Notes: a model not told the origin generated them from the letters alone. Positions 38,224 through 48,985 are shown, counted from the stretch's first letter. The stretch is 64,000 nucleotides of DNA from Bryobacteraceae bacterium (GCA_041394885.1 JAWKHI010000018.1:48754-112753), one strand, 5' to 3'. Made by a program: numbers and translations.

Positions 38224-41200
38224 TTAGAACATAAATTTGAGCGCCAGCACCATGCGACGAGCGTCCAAAGTGTTGGTGTACTGGCCCATGCGTCCATTGA
38301 CCTGGTTTCCCTGGGCATCGAACCGCGCGGTTGTGTCCACGGCGTTGAACTGGGCGTGGTTGAACGTGTTGTAGGTCTCCCACCGGAATTGCAGCCGCTT
38401 GTTTTCGCGGATCTGGAAGTTCTTGAACAGGGACAGATCCCAGTTGTTGATGCCCGGTCCGCGAATCGGATCCTTTGACGCGTTACCGAGCCCGAAATCC
38501 GACGCCACGGGAGGCCGCACGACGGAAGTGTCGAAGTGGCGGAGGCGGGTCCGTTCGCCCTTGGGCAGATTCGGATTGCCGGTGAGAATGACACGGCTGT
38601 CGATGCCGGCGCCGGACGCTCCGGTGAGGTCGACCGCCTGCACGAGACTGTATCCGAGCCCGAGCGGCTGCCCGCTGACCATGGTGGCGATACCGGTGAT
38701 CTCCCATCCGTCCAAGGCCCATCGCGAGAACGCGTTGTTCCACCGCTTGCTTACATTCGGAGCCTGGTAGCTCCAGCTCCCGGCGAAGTTATGCGTCCGG
38801 TCAAAACCGGCCTTGCCGTAGTTACGCATGCGGAAGTCGACGTAAGGATTCACCGCGTTGTTGTTGCCGTCAACGAGATCCATCGCCTTGGACCATGTCC
38901 AGGTGGCGCCGAATGTCAACCCGCGGCCGAAGCGCTTGTTGATCTGGGTCTGCAGGGAATGATAGTTGGAACTCGACGCGAACTCGGCGTACTGAATGTC
39001 GCCGAACCCGCGGATAGGCCGGAGGAAGTTCACCGGCAGCGGGCGGTTCGTGGTGGTGTCGATCGAGGATGGGAGGAAGTTGGTTCCGTAGGGAGTGGCA
39101 TTGAGCGAACGGCGCTGCAGCAGGTGCCGGCCGACGTTACCCACATAGGCCACATCCACCACGGTGCCGAAGCCGATGTCGCGCTGGACGCCGAGCGACC
39201 AGTTGTAGACGGTGGGCGGATCGTAGCTACGCTGGATGGAGTTGCTATTAGTGGGACCCTGATTGAGCGTGGCGCCCTGCAAATCGCGGATTGTGGAATT
39301 GAACACGGTGGAGGTGATGACGTTGGGCGGCTGTTCCACGAAGATGATCACTTGATCGTCGTTGAAGCGGTCAAAGAACATGCCGAAGCCCCCGCGCACC
39401 GCCATCTTGCCGTTTCCGAATACGTCGTAGGCGAAGCCGAACCGGGGCGCCACCTTCATCGAAGGCGTGTTGAGCACCCGCTCCCGGAACACGTTCATGC
39501 CCTGATAGAACTGCCCGCTACCGGGCGCGAATGTCCCGATGAAGACCTCCGGAACGATCTCGCCGGTGGCCGGATTGCGGCCCATGCGCGCCGCGTTGGA
39601 TGCCGCGCGGTAGGGCTCGATCAACCGCGGCGCCTTTGCCGGGTCGTAGACGCCGAGGTCAAACACCGACAGATCATCGCCGGAGGAAAACGTCGGTTCA
39701 ATGATATAGAACCGGGCGCCGAAGTCGAGAGTGAACTTGCGGTTCACCTTGAAGTTGTCCTGCGCATAGAACTCGTAGTTCTTGTATCGGGCATGGCCGT
39801 GCGGATGAAGGTTGCTCTCGGTGTAGCTATTGAACGATCCGAGAATGGTGTTTGAGAATGCGTAGTTGGAGTCCAGTGGGTTGTTGACGTTGCGTCCGAA
39901 GTCAAACGTGCCGTTGAAGGCAGTGGCGCGGGCCGCATTGCGCGAGGTCCGTTCGATGTAGGCGCCGAACTTGAGGTTATGCGATCCGTTCACCCAGGAA
40001 AGGTTGTCGGACCAGTTCCAGATGTTATTGGTGCCGAAGAAGGGAAACCGCTGCTCGATGTTGAGCTGCGGGGCGTTCTGAACGCCGCCGAAGGTCGCGT
40101 TGGGAACGAGGTTCAGCGGATTGGACTGGGGGAAGAACTGCGGCAGGTTCAGATTGAGCTTGTTGCGGTCATTCCGGTCCAGCCCGGCCTGATTCAGCGG
40201 ACTCACCAACTGTAGAGCGCGGTTGATGCCGAATGTGAACTCGTTGACCACCGACGGGCTGAAGGTGTGGATGAGGGTGCTGACGAGGCCGGCGCTCTGA
40301 ATCGAGTACTCGATCGGGAATTGCGGCCAGATGCCCGAGGCGAGGACGAAGTTGAAGTCGCCCTTGAAGGCCTCGTAGTTGCGGATAGCCCTGGAGTAGA
40401 AGATTGTCTTGGGGCCGATGTTCCAATCGATGCGGAGGATGTCCTCGTCGCGCGGTTGGTTCACTTGGCTCTGGAAGACGGTGTTGAAGGTGTTGGCCGG
40501 GTCAACGGTGTTCGGCTGCGGGAAGATGTTCAGCAACTTCTGGCCTACGGGATCGATGCGGTTTTGGGGGATGACGTTTCCGGGAAACGGAGTCCGGTTA
40601 TTGAGCGGATCGTTCACGGGGATCAAGCGGCGATTGGTGTCGAGGGTTTGTGAGAAGTTGCCATTGCGTTCGAGCGCCGTCGGGAAGGTCCGCCGCCCCA
40701 CGGCAGTTGGGTACTTGCGCGGGAGAAACTCCTGCGCCCAGAAGAAGAATAACTTGTCTTTGTTGGAATTGAACTTTCCAGGGATATAAAGTGGTCCGCC
40801 GATGTTATAGCCCGGATAGTCGAACCGGTAACGCGGTTTGGGGAGTCCATCGCGATTGCGGAAGTACTCGTTGGCGTTGAACGCCTCGTTCCGTTTGAAG
40901 TAGTAGGCGGTGCCGTGAAAGTCCTTGGTGCCGCTCTTGATCACGGCGTTGATGGTTCCGCCAGAGGACCGGCCGTATTCGGCCTGGTAATTGGTGAGGA
41001 GCACCTTCACCTCGCCGATGGCATCGACGTTGGGCGCCAGGTACGGTCCGCCCATGGAGCCGGTATCGAGGGAGGATACGCCATCGAGGGTAAGGTTGAT
41101 TGTGCCGGACCGGTTCCCGTTGATATTGATGCCGCCCAGGTTGTTCCAGCCCGGAGCTTCGCGGTTGCGTGTATCGATCACGCCCGGTAGAAGTTTCAGC

Positions 41201-41691
41201 AATCCGAGATAGTCGCGCCCTTTGAGGGAAAGCTTTTGGTACTGGACGCTCGAGATCAGGCCCGACCGTTCGGCCGATTGGGTCTGGAGGCGGGCGGCCT
41301 CGGCTTCCACTGAAATCGTCTGCGTCACCTCGCCGAGTTCGAGCGCAATTCGCCGCAGAACTACGCGTTCGGTCGCCGTCAGCACGATGTCTTTTTGTTC
41401 GTAGGTGCGAAATCCGGCATGAATGACGTTGAGTTGGTAGGTGCCGGGCAGCAACTGCGTGAAGATGACGTCGCCAGCCGGACCTGTTTGAGCCTCCCGC
41501 CCCTGGTTAGTACCGGTGTTGAGCAGGACTACCTTGGCTCCGGCGATCACGTTACCGGAGGGGTCAGTGACCGAAGCAGAAATCTGTCCCGTGAGGCCCT
41601 GGGCTTGGAGCACGGCCGATCCGGCCAGTGCGGCAGCAACGAGGGTGCAGGCGCGCAAAGATCCATGACGAAAGGAGACCTTCTGAAGCAT
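38224..41691 (-). CDS. TonB-dependent outer-membrane receptor with an N-terminal carboxypeptidase-regulatory-like domain
   Basis: MLQKVSFRHGSLRACTLVAAALAGSAVLQAQGLTGQISASVTDPSGNVIAGAKVVL..., about 1150 aa, ending in the terminal ALKFMF beta-barrel signature. Confidence 0.85.
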   Translation of the reverse strand: MLQKVSFRHGSLRACTLVAAALAGSAVLQAQGLTGQISASVTDPSGNVIAGAKVVLLNTGTNQGREAQTGPAGDVIFTQLLPGTYQLNVIHAGFRTYEQKDIVLTATERVVLRRIALELGEVTQTISVEAEAARLQTQSAERSGLISSVQYQKLSLKGRDYLGLLKLLPGVIDTRNREAPGWNNLGGININGNRSGTINLTLDGVSSLDTGSMGGPYLAPNVDAIGEVKVLLTNYQAEYGRSSGGTINAVIKSGTKDFHGTAYYFKRNEAFNANEYFRNRDGLPKPRYRFDYPGYNIGGPLYIPGKFNSNKDKLFFFWAQEFLPRKYPTAVGRRTFPTALERNGNFSQTLDTNRRLIPVNDPLNNRTPFPGNVIPQNRIDPVGQKLLNIFPQPNTVDPANTFNTVFQSQVNQPRDEDILRIDWNIGPKTIFYSRAIRNYEAFKGDFNFVLASGIWPQFPIEYSIQSAGLVSTLIHTFSPSVVNEFTFGINRALQLVSPLNQAGLDRNDRNKLNLNLPQFFPQSNPLNLVPNATFGGVQNAPQLNIEQRFPFFGTNNIWNWSDNLSWVNGSHNLKFGAYIERTSRNAARATAFNGTFDFGRNVNNPLDSNYAFSNTILGSFNSYTESNLHPHGHARYKNYEFYAQDNFKVNRKFTLDFGARFYIIEPTFSSGDDLSVFDLGVYDPAKAPRLIEPYRAASNAARMGRNPATGEIVPEVFIGTFAPGSGQFYQGMNVFRERVLNTPSMKVAPRFGFAYDVFGNGKMAVRGGFGMFFDRFNDDQVIIFVEQPPNVITSTVFNSTIRDLQGATLNQGPTNSNSIQRSYDPPTVYNWSLGVQRDIGFGTVVDVAYVGNVGRHLLQRRSLNATPYGTNFLPSSIDTTTNRPLPVNFLRPIRGFGDIQYAEFASSSNYHSLQTQINKRFGRGLTFGATWTWSKAMDLVDGNNNAVNPYVDFRMRNYGKAGFDRTHNFAGSWSYQAPNVSKRWNNAFSRWALDGWEITGIATMVSGQPLGLGYSLVQAVDLTGASGAGIDSRVILTGNPNLPKGERTRLRHFDTSVVRPPVASDFGLGNASKDPIRGPGINNWDLSLFKNFQIRENKRLQFRWETYNTFNHAQFNAVDTTARFDAQGNQVNGRMGQYTNTLDARRMVLALKFMF

Positions 41692-41857
41692 GTGGAAGAG
41701 TATATAGCACGAGTATTCCAAGATCAACCGTCCGCTTGCGCTGCCCGCGTCGTCATCGGGAGCCGCGATTCGGGGCAGGCCTTCACCGGCGGCAGCGGGG
41801 GCCGGCAGCGCTGCCAGCGGTCACGCGGGATATACTGAAGTGGACCTCCCCCCAGTT

Positions 41858-43963
41858 ATGAGTGAAGCAGCCCGGCCCGTCTGGCAAACGAAACCTGTCG
41901 CTATCGACGACCCGAGCCTCTATGTAAATCGCGAGCTCAGTTTGTTGGCGTTTCAATCGCGCGTACTCGAAGAGGCGATGGATCCGTCCAACCCGCTGCT
42001 CGAGCGGGTCAAGTTCCTGTCGATTCTCGGCTCCAATCTCGACGAGTTTTTCATGGTTCGGGTTGCGGGCCTGAAGAATCAGGTCGACGCGGGCGTGTAC
42101 GATCCGGGCCCGGACGGCAATTCCCCTCTGCAGACGCTGAAAGCGATCCGTCAGCTCTTCCTCGATATCGCCGGCGCGGCCGAACGGTGCCGCCGCGGAT
42201 TGCTCCGGGAACTGGCCGAGCATGGCGTCCGGATCCTCAACTATAAGGATCTGTCGGCGGCCCAGCGCGAAATGGTGGACCGTTATTTCGCCGCCACGAT
42301 CTACCCTGCGTTGACTCCCCTGGCGGTGGACCCGAGCCGTCCGTTTCCGCACATTTCGAATCTCAGCCTGAACCTCTCGATCCTGATTCGGGATCCGCGC
42401 GGCAAACAGCACTTTGCCCGCCTGAAGGTCCCCGATACGCTTCCGCAACTGGTGCCGCTGATGGCGGTGACGCGCAACGGTGGCCAGCCGCTAGCCTCGG
42501 TGTGGATCGAACAGGTGATCCAGGCCAACCTCGCTTCGCTGTTTCCGGGCATGACCATCGTCGAGTCCCACATGTTCCGCGTGACACGGGACGCGGACCT
42601 CGACATTCAGGAACTCGAGTCCGGCGATCTGCTCGAGACCGTCGAGGAGAGCGTCCGGCTCCGCCGGTTCGGCGACGTGGTGCGTCTTCAGGTGACCAAC
42701 GAAATGCCGGCGCCGCTGCTCGACATTCTGAAAGAGCATCTAGGGATTGCCGACGGCGACATTTATCATATGGAAGATCCGCTGGCCCTCAGCCGGCTTC
42801 GATATGTGTCGTCGGCTCCACGGCCCGATTTGAAGGAGGCTCCGTTCCTGCCGGCGCCGCTGCACGGCATGGGCAGCGACGACGATTTTTTTTCGGTGAT
42901 CCGCCGGGGTGACGTGCTGTTGCATCATCCGTTCGATTCCTTTCAGCCGGTGGTCGATTTTCTACGCGCGGCGGCCCGCGACCCTCATGTGGTCGCGATC
43001 AAAATGACGCTATACCGGGTAGGAGCGAACTCGCCGGTGGTGGACGCGCTCCTCGAGGCGCAGGCGCACGGAAAGCAGGTGGCGGTGCTGGTGGAGTTGA
43101 AGGCCCGGTTCGACGAGGAGTCCAACATCGAGTGGGCGCGCGCTCTGGAAAAGCAGGGCGTCCACGTCGTCTATGGGCTTGTAGGCTTGAAGATTCACGG
43201 CAAGGTGGCCCTTGTGGTGCGCCGGGAAGGCGATGTGATGCGGCGCTACCTGCATCTTTCCACCGGGAACTACAACGCCGTCACGGCGCATCTTTACACC
43301 GATCTCGGCCTATTCACGTGCGATCCGGATTTCGGGGCCGATGCTTCCGACCTGTTCAACTACCTGACCGGGTACTCGGCGAAGTCCGATTACAGGAAGC
43401 TGCTTGTCGCGCCCGTGACGCTCCGCTCCAGCGTGGAATCGATGATCCGCCGCGAAATCGATCATGCCTTGGCCGGCCGCGATGCCAGGCTGATCTTCAA
43501 GGTGAATGCGCTCGTCGACGCCCGGATCATCCGGCTGCTTTACGAAGCCTCCCAATCGGGCGTCAACGTGGATTTGCTGGTGCGCGGCATCTGCTGTTTG
43601 CGTCCAGGCATACCCGGCATCAGCGAACGCATCCGGGTGCGCAGTATCGTGGGGCGGTTCCTCGAGCACAGCCGCATTTTTTACTTCCGCAATGGCGGGG
43701 AGGGAGAAGAAGAGCTGTATCTCGGCTCGGCCGATCTGATGCCCCGGAACATCGATCGCCGTGTGGAGGTTCTGTTTCCGGTGCAGAGCGCGGCTTTGCG
43801 GGCCCGGATTCGCGACGAGATTCTCGCCGTGTATCTGGCTGACAACGTCAAGGCGCGACTCATGGCGTGGGACGGCAGCTATGTACGCGCGCAGGGTGTG
43901 GAAGGCGAGGAGCCGTTGGCTGCTCAGACCGAACTGCTTCGCCGCAAGCCGGCCGTCGCGTAG
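41858..43963 (+). CDS. ppk1: polyphosphate kinase 1
   Basis: YVNRELSLLAFQSRVLEEA, two PLD-like HKD regions (KIHGKVALVVR, RFLEHSRIFYF), about 700 aa. The start could also be GTG 41840. Confidence 0.9.
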   Translation: MSEAARPVWQTKPVAIDDPSLYVNRELSLLAFQSRVLEEAMDPSNPLLERVKFLSILGSNLDEFFMVRVAGLKNQVDAGVYDPGPDGNSPLQTLKAIRQLFLDIAGAAERCRRGLLRELAEHGVRILNYKDLSAAQREMVDRYFAATIYPALTPLAVDPSRPFPHISNLSLNLSILIRDPRGKQHFARLKVPDTLPQLVPLMAVTRNGGQPLASVWIEQVIQANLASLFPGMTIVESHMFRVTRDADLDIQELESGDLLETVEESVRLRRFGDVVRLQVTNEMPAPLLDILKEHLGIADGDIYHMEDPLALSRLRYVSSAPRPDLKEAPFLPAPLHGMGSDDDFFSVIRRGDVLLHHPFDSFQPVVDFLRAAARDPHVVAIKMTLYRVGANSPVVDALLEAQAHGKQVAVLVELKARFDEESNIEWARALEKQGVHVVYGLVGLKIHGKVALVVRREGDVMRRYLHLSTGNYNAVTAHLYTDLGLFTCDPDFGADASDLFNYLTGYSAKSDYRKLLVAPVTLRSSVESMIRREIDHALAGRDARLIFKVNALVDARIIRLLYEASQSGVNVDLLVRGICCLRPGIPGISERIRVRSIVGRFLEHSRIFYFRNGGEGEEELYLGSADLMPRNIDRRVEVLFPVQSAALRARIRDEILAVYLADNVKARLMAWDGSYVRAQGVEGEEPLAAQTELLRRKPAVA

Positions 43964-43990
43964 CGGGACGCCGGGGTTTCAGGCACGATC

Positions 43991-44818
43991 ATGCTCGAGA
44001 ACGTCAATCTCAACCGGTCACTTTCCCGGGAGCAATACAAGCGGGAGATGCCCGCCCTGCAGAGACGTCTGTACGACTTGGAAAAGGCTTGCTGGGATCA
44101 GGAGGTTGCGTCCATCCTTTTGTTTGAAGGATGGGATGCGGCCGGCAAGGGCGGGGCCATCTCCACCATCACGCAGCGGCTCGATCCGCGCGGCTTCAAG
44201 CTCTATTCGATCGAGCCCCCGCGGACGTTCGAACAGAATCGTCCCTGGCTGTACAGGTTCTGGCTGAAGATTCCCAACCGAGGGGAGATGGTAATCCTCG
44301 ATCATTCCTGGTACCGCCGGGTACTGGGAGACCGGGTCGACAAACGCATCGCCCTTCACGAGTGGCGGGAGGCCTACCAGGACATCAACGAGTATGAGCG
44401 GATGCTCGCCGACGATGGTGTGGCGATCGTCAAGTTTTTCTTCCATGTTTCGCGCAAAGAGCAGCGCCGCCGCTTCCGTAAGCTGAGCAAGAACCCACTC
44501 CAATCCTGGCGGATCGATCGCGCGGCGTGGCGGCAAAACGAACGGTACGCCGACTATCTCGAAGCCGCCGAGGAGATGCTCGAGGTGACCGAGTCCGACG
44601 TGGCGCCGTGGACCATCATTGAAGCGACTTCCCGCTGGCACGCACGCCGGCGTGTCTTCGAGACCGTGATCGACGCATTAGAGCGGCGTTTGGGCGAACA
44701 TGCCCCGCCGCCAACGGTCTCCGGACAATCCGCCGAGAATGACGATGACGTCCGGAACGCTCTCGATCTCCTCGATCAGTTGGAGGAAGCCGCCGGTGAG
44801 CGGGAGGTGGAAAACTGA
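43991..44818 (+). CDS. ppk2: polyphosphate kinase 2 family protein
   Basis: LLFEGWDAAGKGGAISTITQRLDPRGFKLYSI...WLYRFWLKIPNRGEMVILDHSWYRRV. Confidence 0.85.
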   Translation: MLENVNLNRSLSREQYKREMPALQRRLYDLEKACWDQEVASILLFEGWDAAGKGGAISTITQRLDPRGFKLYSIEPPRTFEQNRPWLYRFWLKIPNRGEMVILDHSWYRRVLGDRVDKRIALHEWREAYQDINEYERMLADDGVAIVKFFFHVSRKEQRRRFRKLSKNPLQSWRIDRAAWRQNERYADYLEAAEEMLEVTESDVAPWTIIEATSRWHARRRVFETVIDALERRLGEHAPPPTVSGQSAENDDDVRNALDLLDQLEEAAGEREVEN

Positions 44819-45570
44819 TGCTCGAAACGCTCGACCTCACCCGATCGCTCGAACGTAAAGAGTACGCCACCGAACTGGCCCGCCGTCAGATCCAACTGCG
44901 CGAACTCGGCTTGCAGGTGTATCTGAAAAAGCGCCCAGTGGTGATCGTATTCGAGGGATGGGACGCCGCCGGCAAGGGCGGCACTATCAAGCGGATCACG
45001 GAGAAGCTGGACCCTCGCGGGTACACCGTTTATCCAATCAGCGCCCCACATGGGGAAGACCGCACGCGTCACTATCTGTACCGCTTCTGGCGCCGGGTCC
45101 CCGAGCGGGGGCAGATCGCGATCTTCGACCGATCCTGGTACGGTCGCGTGCTGGTGGAGCGCGTCGAGGGATTCGCCACGGAAGGTGAGTGGAAGCGGGC
45201 CTTCAAGGAGATCAATTCGTTCGAGCGGCAATTGGCGGAGTTCGGCGCCATTGTGGTGAAGTTCTGGATGCAGATTTCGCGCGAGGAACAGTTGCGGCGA
45301 TTCGAGGAACGCCAGCGCGTGGGCTACAAAGCGTGGAAACTGACGGCCGAGGATTGGCGAAATCGCGACAAGTGGCATCTCTATGAAGACGCCGTGGAGG
45401 AGATGCTGTTGCGCACTTCCACACGCACCGCCGGCTGGCATCTTGTGGAAGCGAACAACAAATACTGGGCCCGCGTGAAGACTCTTTCGATCCTCGTCGA
45501 CGCACTGTCGCAGGGATTGGGGCACACGCCGGAAGATCCGCTGCTGAAGAGCAAACGCAAGCGGGGCTGA
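44818..45570 (+). CDS. ppk2: polyphosphate kinase 2 family protein (second tandem copy)
   Basis: VIVFEGWDAAGKGGTIKRITEKLDPRGYTVYPI...YLYRFWRRVPERGQIAIFDRSWYGRV. The ATG overlaps the preceding TGA (TGATG). Confidence 0.85.
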   Translation: MLETLDLTRSLERKEYATELARRQIQLRELGLQVYLKKRPVVIVFEGWDAAGKGGTIKRITEKLDPRGYTVYPISAPHGEDRTRHYLYRFWRRVPERGQIAIFDRSWYGRVLVERVEGFATEGEWKRAFKEINSFERQLAEFGAIVVKFWMQISREEQLRRFEERQRVGYKAWKLTAEDWRNRDKWHLYEDAVEEMLLRTSTRTAGWHLVEANNKYWARVKTLSILVDALSQGLGHTPEDPLLKSKRKRG

Positions 45571-45609
45571 CGGCCCTCAGCGTGCAGCCACAAGAGGTGG
45601 AGGTGCGAT

Positions 45610-46203
45610 ATGAACAAGCAAGACCGGTCTGAACTCCTACCCGAGTTTGAAGGATCGGAGTTCCTTCCCACAACCGAAACACGAACGGAATCAACATGGA
45701 TGACCGCGGCGTGCCTGGCCAGCGGTGTCGCCGCGGCGGCGGGCGCAGGGGCCATGCTGATGTATTACTTTGACCCGGACCGGGGCAAAGCGCGCAGGAC
45801 GGTGGTGCGAGACAAGACCACCAGTACCGTCCGCCATGGCGGGAAAGTGGTGGAGGGTTTCTACGCCGATCTCTCCAACCGCGCTCACGGCCTGAAGGCC
45901 GAACTCGACAACCGGCTGCACCCGAAGCCTGTCGACGACAGCAAACTGGTGGCGCGGTTGCGGTCCAAGCTGGGCCGCGTGAGCACACATCCTCACGCCA
46001 TCGGCGTGGCCTGCACGGACGGCAAGGTCATACTCAACGGCCACGTGCTGGTGGACGAAGTGGACCGCATTCTCTTCTCGGTACGGCTGGTGCCGGGCGT
46101 GAAAGCGATCGAGAACCGAATGGCGATGCACGAATCCGCGGTGGGCGTTCCCGAACTCGGTGGTTCCATTCCAAAGCCGGCCGAAGACTTCGTGATGGCG
46201 TAG
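45610..46203 (+). CDS. BON-domain membrane protein
   Basis: TM helix AACLASGVAAAAGAGAMLMYYF, then SKLVARLRSKLGRV...IGVACTDGKVILNGHVLVDEVDRILFSVRLVPGVKAIENRM (BON pattern). Confidence 0.7.
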   Translation: MNKQDRSELLPEFEGSEFLPTTETRTESTWMTAACLASGVAAAAGAGAMLMYYFDPDRGKARRTVVRDKTTSTVRHGGKVVEGFYADLSNRAHGLKAELDNRLHPKPVDDSKLVARLRSKLGRVSTHPHAIGVACTDGKVILNGHVLVDEVDRILFSVRLVPGVKAIENRMAMHESAVGVPELGGSIPKPAEDFVMA

Positions 46204-46226
46204 ACAGCCGGAGGTGTCCGGACCAT

Positions 46227-46970
46227 TCAAAGGCCGCGCATGTGGAATCCGCCGTCCACGTTCAGCACCTGTCCGGCCGCATAGTCGAGTAGCCCGTCGG
46301 CGATAGCGCGGACCGCGCGCGCCACGTCACGGGCTTCGCCCATCCGGCGCTGCGGGAGAAGCCCGCCCGCGATCCGCTCGTCGTACAGGCTCTCGACGCT
46401 CGAAATCATATCTGTACGGATGATGCCCGGGCGGATCTCGAACACTGGAATTCCTTCCGGCGCCAGCCGTTGCGCGTAGAGCAGGGCGCTCATGCTCAGC
46501 CCCGCCTTCGACACGCAGTACTCGGCGCGATTCACACTCGCCGCGTACGAAGAGATGGAGGTGATGAACACAATCCGTCCGCCGCCTTGTTCGCGCATCC
46601 AGCGGGCGGCGAGCTGGGTGAGAAAGTGTGGGCCTTTGAGGTTAGTGCCGATGATTTCGTCGAAGCTCTCCTCGGTGGCGTCCAGGACATCGGCGCGTGT
46701 CCGCTGGGTAATGCCCGCGTTGTTCACCAGTAGATCGAGACGGCCCGTTTTCTCCCGGGCAAACTCGATCAGGCGGGCACGGTCCGCGGCCGAGCCGATG
46801 TCGCACTGCACGATTTCGCATCCGGTGGCGGCCTGTAGGGATTCGGCTGCGTCGCGGCGTCCCTTATAGGTGGCCACGACGCGATGCGTCGATGCCAGTT
46901 CCTCGGCGATTCCCCGGCCGATGCCGCGGCTGGCGCCGGTGACGATGACGACCGGTTTTTCCGGGCTCAA
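46227..46970 (-). CDS. SDR-family oxidoreductase
   Basis: VIVTGASRGIGRGIA (TGxxxGIG), NNAG, and the S...YxxxK triad (YCVSKAG). Confidence 0.85.
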   Translation of the reverse strand: MSPEKPVVIVTGASRGIGRGIAEELASTHRVVATYKGRRDAAESLQAATGCEIVQCDIGSAADRARLIEFAREKTGRLDLLVNNAGITQRTRADVLDATEESFDEIIGTNLKGPHFLTQLAARWMREQGGGRIVFITSISSYAASVNRAEYCVSKAGLSMSALLYAQRLAPEGIPVFEIRPGIIRTDMISSVESLYDERIAGGLLPQRRMGEARDVARAVRAIADGLLDYAAGQVLNVDGGFHMRGL

Positions 46971-47533
46971 CGCCGCGCCTCTTCGATCGCGAACTCGATC
47001 GCCTGTGAAATCGCCTCGGGGTCGAACCGTTCGATGAACGGCTGATCCATCACGAACACCGTGGGGGTGCGCTTCACGCCGCGCATCACGCCTTCCTGGT
47101 AGCTGGCCTCCACGCAGGCTTTGTACCGGGCGTCACTGAGCGCCGCCGCGGCCCGCATCGGGTCCACCTGGTTTTCGCTGGCGAAATCGGCCAGAAAATC
47201 GGCAAATGTTCCTCCGTTGACGTCGTCGATTTGCGCCATTGCTGCTCGCCGGAACCGAAGCCCCATTCCCGGCGTCTGCTCATCGAAAAAACACGCTGCA
47301 ATCGCGGCGTCGCGGGCCCAGGAGTGTTTGGGGAGGGGGAAATCGCGATGCTCGAACGCGGCTACGAAGCCGTATCGAGGCAACAGGTGCTCATCCAGCA
47401 TTTCGGCGAACGCGAGACAGTCGGCGCACTGGAGGTCTTCATAAATCAGCACGCGGACGGGGCTGGACGCGTTGCCTTCGACAGGGCGCGCACTAGCAGC
47501 GAAATTCGTTGCCATCGTGTCTATTTTTACCAC
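46967..47533 (-). CDS. DsbA-like thioredoxin-fold protein
   Basis: VLIYEDLQCADCLAF has a CxxC in DsbA-like context. 188-aa ORF with a 4-nt overlap with the SDR gene. Confidence 0.65.
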   Translation of the reverse strand: MVKIDTMATNFAASARPVEGNASSPVRVLIYEDLQCADCLAFAEMLDEHLLPRYGFVAAFEHRDFPLPKHSWARDAAIAACFFDEQTPGMGLRFRRAAMAQIDDVNGGTFADFLADFASENQVDPMRAAAALSDARYKACVEASYQEGVMRGVKRTPTVFVMDQPFIERFDPEAISQAIEFAIEEARR

Positions 47534-47563
47534 TTGCCGAAGAGCGGCCGCATCTTCCGCCGC

Positions 47564-48985
47564 TCAGGCGTAGTCGCGGCCGTCGTCGGACCGCTTGCAG
47601 GATTCGGCCCATTCGCGGAGCTGGGCCTTCATGGAGCGGGCGATGGCTGGTTGGCTGGCGGCGAGATCGAAGCGCTCGCCTGGATCCACGGCGATGTCGA
47701 ACAGGAGGTCCTCACCGGCGCCGTCGTCGAGGTAGGAAAGGAGCTTGTAGCGGTTGCCGATGAGGGCATGATCGGGGGAGCCGAGGCGTGACGCTTTGGC
47801 GGCGGCGTCGCCGCGCGGTGTGCGGAAACCGATGGGCCGCGGGCGTTCGTGCGCGGTGCCGTCGAGGATGGGGCGGAGGTCCACGCCGTCGATGGGGCGG
47901 GGCGCGGGGAGGGGGACACCCAGCGTGGAGAGGATGGTCGGCAGATAGTCAAGCGTGGAGCAGGGAACGCCGGTCCGGCGCGTTGCTTTGACACGATCGG
48001 GCCATTCGAGCAATCCAGGCACGCGGACTCCGCCCTCGAACAGGCTCCGCTTGCGCCCGCGCAACGCGCCGGCCGATCCCCGATGAACGCCCTGCCCGGC
48101 CACTCGGCCCTCCGGGCCGTTGTCGCTGCAGAACCAGAGCATTGTGTTGGCCGCGGCGCCGATGCGGCGCAACTCCCCGCGCAAACGGCCGATCTGTTCA
48201 TCCAGAGCGGTGATCGCGCCGTAGTAGTGCTGCTCGTCGTCGCTGAACTCCCGATAGAGGGCGCGATGACCGGGGCCGGCCTTCACCGGGAGGTGCGGGG
48301 CGTGGAACCAGATCACGCTGAAGAAGGGCTGGCCCGCCGCGGCCGCTTTTGCGATGAACGGCAAGGCGCGATCCATGATCACGCGTGAATCGTCGCCGTC
48401 CAGATTCGCCGTAGCGTACTGTCCGGGGCCGGTCCAGTACTTCGACGGGAAGGCTTGGTTTTGCATCGGATTCCACGTCGGCATCTGGACTTCGGTGGAA
48501 AAGCACTGGTCAAATCCGTGCTCCCACGGAGGAGCGTAATGCTGCTTCTCGCGCCCGCCTCGCCGCCCGTCCGCCATGTCGTTGGTCAGGGTGCCGAGAT
48601 GCCATTTTCCGAAATGGCCCGTCGTGTATCCCTTATCCTTCAGGATCTCAGCGAGTGTGGCTTCTTCCGGACGCATGTGCCCGGCGTTGGCGGTGTAGAT
48701 GCCATAGCGGTAGGGATGCCTGCCTGTGAGCACGCTGCCCCGGGTGGGCGAGCACACGGGAGCGCCGGCGTAGAACCGATCGAACCGCAGGCCGCGGGAC
48801 GCCATGTCGTCCAGGTGCGGAGTACGCAGGTGCGGATGTCCGTTGTAGCCGGTGTCGCCCCAACCGAGGTCATCGGCCATGCACAGGACGATATTGGGGC
48901 GGGGGGTAGACTGGGCGCGCACGGCCCGGTTTGCCAACGCGGTGAGAGCGAGCGCTTGGCGGCGTGTCATGTTCGTGCCCGCCAT
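47564..48985 (-). CDS. sulfatase (arylsulfatase family)
   Basis: ATG 48985 follows GGAGAAG. RRQALALTAL leader. PNIVLCMADDLGWGD and the FGly motif CSPTRGSVLTGR. Confidence 0.85.
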   Translation of the reverse strand: MAGTNMTRRQALALTALANRAVRAQSTPRPNIVLCMADDLGWGDTGYNGHPHLRTPHLDDMASRGLRFDRFYAGAPVCSPTRGSVLTGRHPYRYGIYTANAGHMRPEEATLAEILKDKGYTTGHFGKWHLGTLTNDMADGRRGGREKQHYAPPWEHGFDQCFSTEVQMPTWNPMQNQAFPSKYWTGPGQYATANLDGDDSRVIMDRALPFIAKAAAAGQPFFSVIWFHAPHLPVKAGPGHRALYREFSDDEQHYYGAITALDEQIGRLRGELRRIGAAANTMLWFCSDNGPEGRVAGQGVHRGSAGALRGRKRSLFEGGVRVPGLLEWPDRVKATRRTGVPCSTLDYLPTILSTLGVPLPAPRPIDGVDLRPILDGTAHERPRPIGFRTPRGDAAAKASRLGSPDHALIGNRYKLLSYLDDGAGEDLLFDIAVDPGERFDLAASQPAIARSMKAQLREWAESCKRSDDGRDYA

